A stretch of 64,000 nt of DNA from Camelus dromedarius (Eukaryota): contig NC_087436.1 of NCBI RefSeq assembly GCF_036321535.1, positions 82,834,001-82,898,000 of the forward strand, read 5' to 3'. Both the position numbers and the translations under genes were made by a program. Positions 51,562-63,137 of the stretch are shown one piece after another. The notes beneath the pieces are model-generated. The model had not been told where the DNA came from, made no database searches, and was given only the letters and a program-made list of their open reading frames with translations. Every line of letters starts with the position of its first letter. The stretch's first letter is position 1.

Positions 51562-54500
51562 ATGATTATGGTAGATACTACAAGGAATTCAAACACAGTA
51601 AGACATAAGGCTAACCATGAAATATGCCTTTGTCCAGATTTTTGGTATCTATTAAAATATGATGAGCAATTTCCTCAAAATTTAGCTAATCAAGATAACT
51701 AATATTCAAGGTCATTATATGTATTAAGTATGAAGCTAATGATGTTCACTCACAATCAGCAATCATGTATTTTGAACTGGTGACTCATAACAGTGTGAGA
51801 TTAGCAGAGACGTATTAACATTCTCTCACACTGTATGGGTCATGATCATACCATGATATTAGCTTTGCCACATTATGGACAAAAACAGTTTTGCATTTTT
51901 GTTAGATTTGAATCAATTAGAGACAAGATTATTCACTCTCTTTCCCAGATTTCTCAACAGTATCATTGTAATTTATAGCTTTTGTTGTATGCTTATTGGT
52001 TTTTTCCAACAAAGTTTGGTCAAAGTTGGATGCTTATAATTTTGATTCATATGTTAGAAGTTAGTTGCTAAACATCAATTCCTCCTCTGTATTGTATCCC
52101 AGCATCCTCTTGGAGGCCTTTCCTACCCCAAATGGCAAAACTCGACACTCCCTCCTCTGGGCTTCTACTGGCCCAGAATACATATACGCAAAGGTCTTTG
52201 TAAAGAGTAAATATAATCATGCATACAGAAGTGACTGCACAGTAGATGGCTTCTATTATAATTAACTGAAAAATTAAGACCATAATACTGAATTCATACA
52301 GTTGTTAAGCATATTAGACATAATATATACTTTTAAATCTAGTACGTTATAGATGTTCCATGAAAACATACATAATTCCCATTATTGTTATTTTGAATAG
52401 CTTTCCTTTTAATAAGCAAAGGCAGAAGTCCTGGGCTTACTTTGTTACCATAGGAAAGGTAAATTACAAGGAAGTATTTCTTCAGGAAAAAACAAGCAGT
52501 AGAAATTTGTTAAGCATGAAATAGGTGAAGAGAGGAGAGAATCTGTTCACAAACTTTGATTCTTGAATAATGTGCCATCATGTACAAAGTGAACTTAATA
52601 GGTTGTCTAGCCCAGTCACATCCACAGATGCTTGGAAATAAAGAGGATGTGACTGTGGGAAAGGAAAATCTAAAAACATCTCCAGATTATGGAGAAGCCT
52701 GATGTTCCTGATCTGTCTGGCAATGAAACTGCCTCCTAAAACCACAGGCAGCTTTTTCCAGGAAAGAAACAAGCCAACCTTTTCAGTTACTTTGTCCTTG
52801 ATCTCCTATTCTTGGTGTAACAGAATCTGAAAGAATGCATGTGACCCATACTGAGAAATGTCTCTAGAAAATCCATTTCAGGGAAGGTAAGAATATAAAA
52901 TTCTCAGAACATCAAAGGTTGACTTATTAGAGCCATACATTGGGAGTGATTTCCCTCCTTTTAAATAAAGTTTTATTTTTATTAATATTACTGTAATAAT
53001 GTACATTATTTTTTATCCATAACTTAAAATATAGCAAAAATACAAGGTAGTTTACTCAAAACCATCTTAAAGACTCCACAGCTTTTCACACTAGAGACTC
53101 TTTGTGTTCAAGCCTTCCCTTTCTGGTTTTTAATCTGAACTTCTCTTACAATCTTGATGCTATCTCTATTTCTAAAACCTGTTTGCTCTTTCTGTCATAA
53201 TGTCAATGTTTTATTACTCATGGATTTTTTAAAAACCCATAAAATTGCAGACTTTCATAGCTGAAACTGACATTAAAAATCATCTTAGATTAACTTTATC
53301 AAGAAACCTGAGACCCAGACAAGTTAAAGGGCTTGCTGGAACCCCATAGAGAAGAAAAGAAGGTCCTAGCTCTTCAAATTCTACAACGGCATTATAAAAG
53401 CATGTATATAAATTGTTCAGAGAACCCAGCAGTTGCTCGAGCTCCCTGGAGCTAATACTAAACCAAGTGTTCCACGCAGCCCGCATAGGATTAAGCATTA
53501 TAAAAACCATGCTCCTTCACTCACTTGCTGCCCACACACTTACTGCACCCTCGTAGGAGATGGCGGATGCAAACATGCATGAGACCCAGGCCCTGCTGGA
53601 GGGAGCTGACTCGTTAGTGGAAGGAAACAAGCAGAGTAAGGCAACAAACTACCACAGAGGCTGTGCGAGATCGTGCACAGGGTGCTCTCAGGGTACAAAG
53701 TGAGAGTGGTCATTTCGATTTTGGTCAAAAAAGGCTTTTTAGCAGATGCCTTGAAGCTTGATAGGAACTAAGTCTGGAAAGATGTGAAAATACTTCACAG
53801 GCAGGTGTGGACGGGACTGGATGGATGCTCTAGACACGGGGGCCATGTGATGTATGGAAGGCATGAGGATTTGAGAGTCTGTGGCACACTGGGGAGCACC
53901 GTGTGGCTCTGCGTGCTTGCTCCATGAGGTATATAGGGAGGGAAGTTGGTGGAAGATAAGGCTAGAGAGACAGAAGGATGCCAGGTCTCAGAGGACCTCG
54001 TGTCCTGTAAAAATCAATGTTCACCCAGCCGGCCCTTTTTGATCACAGGACTCATGCCTGAAGTTCTCAGGTGTAACCCCCTCTGCAATAGCAACATCTA
54101 ACAGGACCTAGAGGAGTTCTACAGGGAGCTTTATGAAAGCCACAGAAGATAATCATTGGGAATGACTCAACTTACATAAGAATCCTAGACATCTTATTAC
54201 AGAGTTCAATTCTTTCATTCACTGAGTAAATATTTGCTGGCATACAAACTGCTACAGGATAAGCATATATTAGAACAGACATCTACTGAGGAATTCAAAC
54301 ATTTAAGAATGCAAACTTTAATTACTGATTATTTTAAATCATGGTTTTTTTTAAAACATAAATGTTATGCAGTGGAATAGGGACATTCATGTGAGGTATT
54401 CCTTGATTGGAATCGGCAAAACAGACAAAAACTCTTAGCCAACTGTGGCCAGAAAAATATGTGATGTAGAGGTTACTGTTGTTCAGTTTTTGTCCACTTT

Positions 54501-54589
54501 CTTTTGATTTTCTTCTGCTTTGCACTGAAATGGTCACATTTCATATCAACCTTATATGGATTCTCTACCTAAAATGACTCAAACATCAG

Positions 54590-54762
54590 ATTTTTTTAAA
54601 GTTTATTTTTAATTCTTTTTTTTTTGAGGGGAGGGAGGTAATTAGGTTTATTTATGCATTCATTCATTCATTCACTATTTTTTAATGATAGTACTGGGGA
54701 TTGAACCCAGGATCTCATGCACGCTAAGCACGCACTCAACACTGAGCTATACCCTTCCCCCA
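54590..54762 (-). mobile_element. tRNA-derived SINE
   Basis: Antisense A/B boxes; TSD tcaaacatcag at 54579-54589 and 54763-54773. Confidence 0.9.
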
Positions 54763-55305
54763 TCAAACATCAGGTTTTAAATAAGAATTCTCATAAACCG
54801 ATTTCAAAGAATGATTTTCTCTCCTCAAATACATTCTGCAAAATGCCCATTACTGGCTGCTTAGTGCGGTAACCAGTGACAACACCTTATGAGGGCCTGC
54901 AGCTGCTAGACTTTCTATTCGTACATCTCTGCAGCTTTCCATCCGCGGCCCCTCTGACTGCAGGCTCCTGTATTGTTGCCTATGTTGGTGATGATCTAGA
55001 GTTTCATGCTGCTGGGACTGGTGTTCCTATTTGAGCCCAACCCCAGAATACCTAATATTCAAAACACCCAATACTGAATACCCAATATTCAATTCCAGTG
55101 TAGACACAGGGTCTCCATTCTATGCCTTCTCTGTCCACAGCCCCACTGAGTTTACTGTTTAATCACACCTCCTTTACCTCATTGGCCACACAAGTTCCAA
55201 ATTTCTTAGTTTTTTTTCATGAATAAATGGGCTCCAGGAGGGTAAAAATGGTGTCATTTTAAGAAAAAAAAAATAATTTAAGGCCATTTAAAGAATCTAT
55301 CATTT

Positions 55306-55453
55306 TGGTCGGGAGGGTATAGCTCAGTGGTAGAGCATGTGCTTAGCATGCACAAGGTCCTGGGTTCAATCCCTGGTACCTTCGTTAAAATACACAAATA
55401 AATAAATATAATTACCCCCCCACAGAATATATAAGTATTTTTTTTTAAAAAAA
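55306..55453 (+). mobile_element. tRNA-derived SINE
   Basis: gggagggtatagctcagtggtagagcatgtgcttagcatgcac..ggttcaatccc; TSD aagaatctatcattt at 55291-55305 and 55454-55468. Confidence 0.9.
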
Positions 55454-56489
55454 AAGAATCTATCATTTAAAGAGTGTTAGAATGCCCTCAGAGTTAGTGA
55501 TGATACTTTAACAAAGAAATACTGCTAAATTCTCAAGAACTGGCAAATACTCGCTGTGATATGATATATGGACTCTATGTGTCCATGCATTATATTGACA
55601 AGCAAGAACTATATGCTCAGAATTAGTTTTTATGTATGGAAAGTTGAGTGGTTGATCATTAACAATTTATGGAATATTTATTTACTCTATAACAATTCTA
55701 TGGGTCTAAAATGAAACACTTTTGTTTTAAGGGAAACTAATATTTACTGATAGACCAATTTTTTCCAGGAGTGAATTTTGTTGACTAATTTACTGAGCTA
55801 TGAGATAAAAGATTAAAAGTTTTATGGTGTTTCTCTTTTGTATTTCTGAAATGTTCTAATTTCATGTCTGAACTTTAAAAAAAAAAAAAAAACCCTCATC
55901 TTCAGCCCTTGTTTCCTTCCCTCTAAGAAAATAATTCCCTTCTTCTACAAATGATGAAATGATGAGTGGTAGGCTTCTCTTTAGGCATAATTCCCAACTT
56001 CTCTATGACAGACAGATGATGGTACCAAAATGTCAGCTTTTTATCTGACTCAAGGGAAGAAGTATTCACAGAGCTGAAAGAGTTGAAATAGTTGATAATA
56101 ATTTACTACCAAAAATATAATTATAAATATCCACATAAACTAGAAGTCGGTATAATAAAGTCCACCAAAACAGCTGGACACTTAAGTTTTCCTATATTAT
56201 ACGAGGATTTTCCTATATATATGAGAGTTTTCATGTGATTCAAGAAAAAAGTCCAATGTTCTTAATGTTTCCATATATCCTCTCAGAGCGTCTATGCTAA
56301 GGTCACAACCCACTCCTTTCACAACTAACCTTTTTCCTTTCCACATACTTGATTTACAAGGAATTTGAGCATTCTGACCTTTTGATTTTAACCACCAAGC
56401 ATTAGCCTAATCAAGAATGGAAAATAGTGTGGAAATGCTACAGAGGAAGCCTCTCTGATTTAAATCATTTTAACACCTTAATTTTGAGA

Positions 56490-57095
56490 ACCGGAAAATC
56501 TTACTCAGAAAAAATTAGCGTTCACAACACGTTCGATTACAAAAAATGAGACGCATGAGCCTCTTGAAAAGCCGGAATGACGCACTCTCCACTTCATACC
56601 TTACAGAGCTGCCTCTATTACAAATCACTTTATCTTTACATGTCTGAGGCATCCCAGACACATTCTTTACCCATGAGTTCACACGCCCTTACTCTGAGCG
56701 AGCCCCGGGGTCCGTAACCTTTCGAGCGAGTGTGGGAAGCGGTGGCGGGAAGGAGCCCACAGCGTCCACCTGGCATTGCTGAAGAAACAGAGCAGAAAAG
56801 AATGCTTTGCGTCTCGGCCTCGTGTTCCCTGTTAATGTGTAGCGGGTCACTGTTGGGAAATACCTCCTCACCTGACATTCCAAGAAATGGAGGGCCCCAG
56901 GTTGTTTTATGGTTCGGTCGTTCAACGCGTGCACGTTCCACCCTGCGGGAATGAGAGCTCTGCCGGAGCCAGGCCGTGGGCCGCAGCCCTTCTCGGGAGC
57001 GCTGCCATCGTGTGGCCGTTCGGAGCTATGACCGGAAGAGCCCCGTGCGGCGTGGGCCTAACCGCACCGCGGCCGGGCTCCGGCGGAAGCCCTTC
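56490..57095. promoter_or_regulatory. Orphan CpG island about 2.0-2.6 kb upstream of the SPP1 TSS
   Basis: About 37 CpGs counted by eye in 56681-57090 against a CpG-depleted background; ETS-type CGGAAG at about 57033 and 57084. Confidence 0.8.
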
Positions 57096-58099
57096 CTATG
57101 ACTTTCTCAGCTCACATTCAATTATCCCCGTGGGCACAGAGTAAACCATAGTGAATCCTGTGGAAATCTTGGGGGTTTGTGTGTTTCTGTTTTTGTTTTG
57201 TTTTAGAATTTGTGAACTGCACTGCATTGACAATATGACAAAACGTATGTGGGTGATGTGTTTAAAGGGAAAAAACAATTTTTAAGAGCAGAAATTAAAA
57301 ATCTGTTTTTGTAATTTTAGAACCTGTGTGCTTTCTATTTTATAGAGATAGTTGCCATCTGAATTTTTTTCATGTGTGCTTGGAACCGACAAATCAACCA
57401 TATCAGTTCATTTGAAATTGGATTTCAAATGAATTTTAAAATTCAATTTAAAAGAAACTTATTTCCCCACACCAAATGTCCACAAACTTATGGGTTATTT
57501 TTCCTAACACTGCAAAAAAATTATTTAACCCATATTTATATTAAAAGCAATATTTGGTGAGTAGGAGATGACACTTTAGATAGAACTAATAATAAATAGG
57601 GACATTTATCTTTAATCTCACTTTATACATGATTCTTGCAATGGAGGTGTGAGATGAATGGTGAAATTTCCATTATGCAGCGGAGAAAGGCAGAAGAGGT
57701 TGAGTAATCTCAAAACAATATTGAACATTTAAAATGGGCTCAGAGCTCTGTTACCCCTAATCTCTGCTCCACTATTTCAACCTTCATCTGTAATTTTCTT
57801 TCATTCGAATGCCTTTTAAATACTCAGTAAAGTTTTTTTTAATATAGAGTTTTCTTTTTAATTTTCTTATTAAGCAGCCAACTTTATATATCGTGGGCGA
57901 AAAACTAGAAAAAGACAATTCAGAAATCTAATCCATTCTTTCAGAGGTATGCAAGTTATCCTGCTGATGTACACAGTTTAAAAATCTTACATCAGGTTTC
58001 ATTCTAATAAACTATTCCATTTAAAGATATTATACATCATGACTACCTGCTCCTCCTAAAAATTTTAATAAAATTTAACACATATACAATGGTTAAAAT

Positions 58100-58310
58100 A
58101 TACAGGGTATTTGCATATATGCCAAGGATTGTTAGTTTTACATGTGCTAATTCACTTAAGCCTCACAAAAACCCCATGAACTGGGTAACAGTATGTGCAT
58201 TTGACAGATGAAGAAATAGCTACAGAGAGGCTAAGTGATTTGCCCAAGGTCACACAGCTAATTAGTGGCAGAGAGAATTCAAAGCCATGCTCCCAGCTCC
58301 TGAAGCAGCA
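58100..58310. mobile_element. MIR
   Basis: atttgacagatgaagaaa..agagaggctaagtgatttgcccaaggtcacacagcta. Confidence 0.8.
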
Positions 58311-58911
58311 CTTTCAAGCAGTAACTCTGCTCTCAGTCAGAAACGGCTCTCCTTCTGACACATTGAGAATAAATTACCTTTCTTCTATTTTATTGAGCAA
58401 ATTATCAGATTCATCACCTCCAAACAATTCAAACAGTGTGACAAAAGCCCATGTCCTTGAAAGGTCATTGTAAATTCAACTTAATGAGTATGAAAGTGGA
58501 TTCTAATGTTACTGATGCCACTTGTGTAAATGACAAGCAGCTGCATACTTGAAATCACAAACTGGAGCTTTAGTAAAAATGGAGAGAGACTGTCTGAACT
58601 CCTTTTGTGCTTGAACAATAGCCAGGTAGCTCTTAAATAAGAGTAATTGTGAAGCAAATTTGGTTGCATATATTACCTTAATCTGTTGTTTGAACCAAGA
58701 GAAACAAAAATCCATTCTATTTATTTTTATTTAGGACTGGTTTATATAATATTTTTCCTTCTAATTCAGCAATTATAAAGTTTTTGTAAGAACTAGTTAT
58801 CTCTCCCTTTTCTGGGGGACCCCTAGATGCCTTTCCAGGATGCTGAGTGCCAATCCTATAAACGAAAAAGCTAGTTAATGATACTGTGCATAAGTAATGT
58901 TTTAACTGCAG

Positions 58912-58918
<7 letters not shown>

Positions 58919-58962
<44 letters not shown>
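58919..58962 (+). repeat. (TG)22 microsatellite in the SPP1 promoter
   Basis: Perfect TG run. Confidence 0.97.
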
Positions 58963-58963
<1 letters not shown>

Positions 58964-58974
58964 ATGTGTTTGTT

Positions 58975-59117
58975 TTGTAACCACAAAACCAGAGGGGGAA
59001 GTGTGGGAGCAAGTGGGTTGGGCGTTGGCAAAAAAACCTCATGACACATCTCTCCGCCCCCTGTGTTGGTTCAGAGTGTCTCGAGCAGCCTTTAAATTCT
59101 GGGAGGTCCTGGTTGTC
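58975..59117 (+). promoter_or_regulatory. SPP1: SPP1 proximal promoter
   Basis: RUNX/OSE2 AACCACA 58979-58985, ETS GGAAGT 58997-59002, AP-1-like TGACACA 59042-59048, GC box 59052-59060, TATA-like TTTAAA 59091-59096; same order as the known osteopontin promoter. Confidence 0.9.
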
Positions 59118-59207
59118 AGCAGCAAGGAGAGGAGGCGGGGAGAGCGGCATCCAGTGCAGCATCAGCATCGCCTGGGACTGGACTCTTCTCAGCTGCCGCA
59201 GACCAAG
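59118..59207 (+). other. SPP1: SPP1 exon 1 (non-coding; TSS approximate)
   Basis: Starts about 25 nt after TTTAAA; ends gaccaag|gtaagc. Confidence 0.85.
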
Positions 59208-60314
59208 GTAAGCCTGCAGTCTGCTCCCGGGTTGCTGTCCAGTGTGCTGTGTCATTTCATGGGAAGGTCAAGTTGTAAGGAAAAGACTTGAACCGTAATG
59301 CTGTTAATCAGACAAATTGTTCTCATCTTTTAAATAAGCATGCCAGATTGAGGGCAGATCTGCAGGAAATGTGGCCGGCTATTTTGAAAGCCAGTCAAAC
59401 ATAAAACTTAAAAATATTTCCACTGAGTCCTCAAAGGAACTGCAACTACTTCTTGCCATCAGAAAAAAAGTAAAATTCTATGCCCCTTTGGAATGATTAT
59501 ATTGACATCATTTTAAATGGATAGATGATTGTGAGGGCATTTAAAAGGAAAATGGTCTGTAATGCTAATGTAAGCTGATGACAATGCTATTTTTTTAATG
59601 GTTTGATTTATCTTATTTTCAAGGAAAAAACTCTTTCTATTTCTATCTCTGTATTTAGCTGTTAAATTTTCACCAAAATACCTGTATAACATTAAGTAGA
59701 CTTAAAAGTAGAAAAGGCATTGACTGTTTTCTTTTTCGTTTCAAATTTCTAGAATACCTTACTTAAATTATTAACTTTAGAGACAGCTTCATTTCACCTA
59801 AGTGGCACCTTTTAAATCATTTAAGTTGGAATTCACATTTGAAATGCGTGCTAGAAAATAGAGAAAGCAAGTTTCTTTCAGTTTTATTTTCTCTTTCTCT
59901 TTGTGTTTTTCTTCTCTGAAAAATAAATATTTTATTCCCATTTCTAGCTTATTATTTTAATTAAATTACTGTTGACCTGTTTTCAGGTTGAGATGGCTGA
60001 AGATATTAGGTAGCAATGATATAATCTCTGAAACTCTAAATTTTAAAGTTGAATAAATATAGGCTTGTAAAATCCCTCTCTCCCTTGCCTAATAGTGAGA
60101 CAGGAAGAATACAGGTGGCATTACAAATATTAACTCAAAAGGTCATAATATTAAAAAGAAAATTTTACTAAGAAGTAGAGACTATTTCTATAGAAAATAT
60201 ATATTTGTTTGTAATTTTTTGTAATGTGTTAGTATAAAAAGGAGGTATCACTGTTTTAAGGTATGAAAAGATCAAATATTTCTTACAAAATATTTTACAG
60301 GAAGAATCATCACC

Positions 60315-60368
60315 ATGAAACTTGCAGTGATTTGCTTCTGCCTCTTGGGCATCGCCTCCGCCCTTCCA
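60315..60368 (+). CDS. SPP1: Osteopontin exon 2 CDS (exon starts 60301): MKLAVICFCLLGIASALP, signal peptide
   Basis: ttttacag| acceptor, caccATG start, CCA|gtgagt donor, phase 0. Confidence 0.98.
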
Positions 60369-60479
60369 GTGAGTACAGCTGAATCTTAAAAAAATTCCTC
60401 AAAATAAATGAATTGTGTGCTTCAGTGTGCTAACAACACATTCACACTATAATCTTTCTTCACCTTTTCTGTTTCAAAG

Positions 60480-60518
60480 GTTGGACAGACTAATTCTGGC
60501 AGCTCTGAGGAAAAGCAA
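60480..60518 (+). CDS. SPP1: Osteopontin exon 3: VGQTNSGSSEEKQ
   Basis: ttcaaag| to CAA|gtaagc; 39 nt; SSEE motif. Confidence 0.97.
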
Positions 60519-62074
60519 GTAAGCATCTTTTCAGTTTATCATCTAGTTAAATTATTTATGTAACTGCTGCAAGTTGCACTACAAACATATGGCAATGTTT
60601 CTTATTTTCATAGTCAAACAAAATAATTTGTAAGCATTTAGTGAGTGCCTGCTATGGTTCTAGACCAGCACCAAGCACAGTATTGCTTTTAATTAATATA
60701 CTCAAGACCAAGCTAGATTTTTAATATAATAAAATGATGCTCTAGGCCATTATCATTTATGTAGAACGAGTTCTAAGAAGTCGTGTGACTTCTTGTTTCC
60801 ATGAGTCAACATACTGTTCTAGAAGCAGAGAATTCTGTCTTCTGCTTTTCCTAGTAGCAAGCTAAGTTTAAAATTCACCTCACATATTGGGCAGTTGGGA
60901 TAACTATAATATGCACAGTATCTCCTAAGATACTGGCTAAGAAGCCCATCATAAAACGTCTGTTTATGCTGTTTGTATCTATTGTGCTTGTCAGATGACT
61001 TTAGATCACATTTCTCTAACCAAACATAAGACCAAATCAAGACAATAGAGGTACCTGCCCCTCCACAGTAGGTGAAACTGTGCCAACCAAACAACAAACG
61101 GGCATTGTCCCAAGGAGCTTGGACAAAAAGGCACACAGAGTTCAACTCCAGATGAGCAGAATAAAGGCCAATGCAGAGCTGCCTGGGATCACTGCAGTTA
61201 GATTGCTTAATGAAGACATTATTGCTGCATGTGTTTGGGCGTGCAAGTGGGTATGTGTTAAGTGTGCCCGTTTTCCAACTGATTTAAGGATACAAGTACT
61301 GAATCACAATAATAAGCCAGAAAAATTAACATTTCCAGAGAAGACAGAAGTTACAATATTTGAGGCAAGAATTAGTGTCTTTTTAATAGAATAAAATATG
61401 GACATGAAGCCATGACAGTGTAAGTAGTTAAGTGATATTTAGGAGATAAGTGACGAGCTCAACCTTCTAGAATCCTAGAAATTTAGAGCTAGTGGGAAAT
61501 CTGGACAGTCCATGAAGAGACACCCCTGAAGATGAACAGTGGTTATCTGCGAATGATGTGGTTACTGGGTGGGTTTTAGTTTGTTTTTCTTATCTATATG
61601 TTCTTCATATTACTGTAAAAAAATTATAAATTTATCTTATGAATAGAAACAAAGCCTGTATGACATGTATCATCAGGAAGTATATGTATTAAATATATAT
61701 CCATTATAACATATTTATGTATATACTTTTTGTATCAATATATATTTTAAAGACAAAAATAGAGGGAACCTTTTAACTCATCTAGACCAGTAGTTTTCCC
61801 ATTTTTTTAGTCAAGGAACCCCTTCTTTCAGCAAAAACTTTCCAAGAAGCCCAAACTGAAGCAGCTCTGGGTAGAGCCAGCCATGGGAAAACCCAAAGTG
61901 CTACTGACTGGTTTCCTTCCTGTCTTCCCTCTCCTTGGTGGCTGTAAAGGAGCTCTCGGGACCCCCAGGGTAATTATTCTCAGTGACAGAGATGAGAAGA
62001 GGTTGGTCCTGGGCCATTCAGCCCAGCAGATGACACAAAGTCAGAGCAATTTTCACTCCTCTGTCCCCTAAGGT

Positions 62075-62210
62075 AGCCTCTAGGCACATGTGACTCTTGA
62101 ACACTCAAAATGTGGCCCGTGCAATGGAGAAGCTAAATTTTTTTTTAATTAACTTAGATTGAAATAGCGGTGTGCTTCATGGCTAGAGGTTACCATACTG
62201 GACAGCACAG
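62075..62210. mobile_element. MER3-like hAT fragment in SPP1 intron 3
   Basis: tagcc..cacatgtgactcttgaacactcaaaatgtgg..ctaccat-like..tggacagcacag. Confidence 0.65.
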
Positions 62211-62329
62211 CCTTAGAGGGTTTTTCCTCATTCCGTAAGAAAGGGAACAAGGAAGACCGACACTAATTAAGGGCACCTCTGCGTTAGTTGGCTTCATCTG
62301 AGAGGAATTTCAGCTAACAGAGCAGGCAG

Positions 62330-62545
62330 GCACAGCGCATCGTCGGTGTGAAGAACCACCGGATCTGAACCCTGGCTCTGCCGCTCACTACCGCTTACCT
62401 TCACTGCGGCCCAGCTTCTCCTGATCTGTAAAGTGGGAATAATATATAATAACGATACCTCTGCCAGGATTAAACGATGAGTGTTTGTAAATCACTTTCA
62501 AAGTGTGCCTGGCTCATAGTAAGTGCTATGTAAGAGTGTATTAAA
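62330..62545. mobile_element. MIR in SPP1 intron 3
   Basis: ccctggctctgcc..atctgtaaagtgggaataat..tgcctggctcatagtaagtgct. Confidence 0.8.
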
Positions 62546-62724
62546 TGAATCTGCCAGAAAGAGTAAATTACGAAAGGCGTACCTAAGGCTCTGGTTGACT
62601 TTGTAATGTGTATTATACTTACCCGTCAAGATTGCTGAAGTGTCCTTTGTTTTTTCAGCTTATCACTTAGAGATCCCTGTTTCTTTTTTGCAGTAATGAC
62701 AAATATGCAACTCTTTTTTTGTAG

Positions 62725-62805
62725 CTTAACAACAAATACCCGGATGCTGTAGCCACATGGCTAAAGCCTGACCCATCTCAGAAGCAGACTTTCCTAGCAC
62801 CACAG
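62725..62805 (+). CDS. SPP1: Osteopontin exon 4: [27 protein letters not shown]
   Basis: tttttgtag| to CAG|gtattt; 81 nt; phase 0. Confidence 0.98.
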
Positions 62806-63095
62806 GTATTTTTTATGTTAATTAATTATAACAATTAAAATTCTCACAATTAAACAACAATCACCACAAAAATAGCCACCAAGCGGGCCATTTGGGCTGA
62901 TTAAATAGATCCTTCCTGCCTGCTGGTAAACAGGAGCTTAGGACGCCAATTGATCTGCCATGTTGTCTTCCTGCCTAAGGCATCCATCAATAAGGCTACA
63001 AAATAAGACCTGCTTTGGATGGAAAAGGCTAACTTTTGAATTAAAACGTTAAGCGTATATGATGTACACTGATCTGTGTGCCCTTCCTTCTTCAG

Positions 63096-63137
63096 AGTAC
63101 TGCATCTTCTGAAGAAACTGACAACTTCAAACAAGAG
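63096..63137 (+). CDS. SPP1: Osteopontin exon 5: STASSEETDNFKQE (exons 6-7 lie beyond the window)
   Basis: cttcttcag| to GAG|gtgagt; 42 nt; phase 0. Confidence 0.97.

Noticed and set aside
22937..55453. tRNA genes (tagctcagtggtagag / ggttcaatccc boxes at 22937, 33611, 54760, 55311)
   Set aside because: A-rich tails and TSDs on three copies, and the same head sequence on the fourth, show they are SINEs.
56636..57144. Overlapping ORFs in the CpG island as a gene or processed pseudogene
   Set aside because: Open frames are expected at high GC; no recognisable protein, poly(A) tail or TSD; the ATG at 57008 closes after 28 codons.
1..58900. ORF-track ORFs as functional genes
   Set aside because: All are short; they are chance ORFs, transposon remnants or open stretches of the dynein relic (e.g. 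5018..5203, 11231..11467, 24950..25270), none intact.
1..58900. MEPE, IBSP or another SCPP gene upstream of SPP1
   Set aside because: No signal-peptide exon, SSEE-type phase-0 exon series or large acidic exon was seen outside SPP1.
58717..59291. HTHTHT / CVCVCV ORFs
   Set aside because: Translations of the (TG)n microsatellite over the SPP1 promoter.
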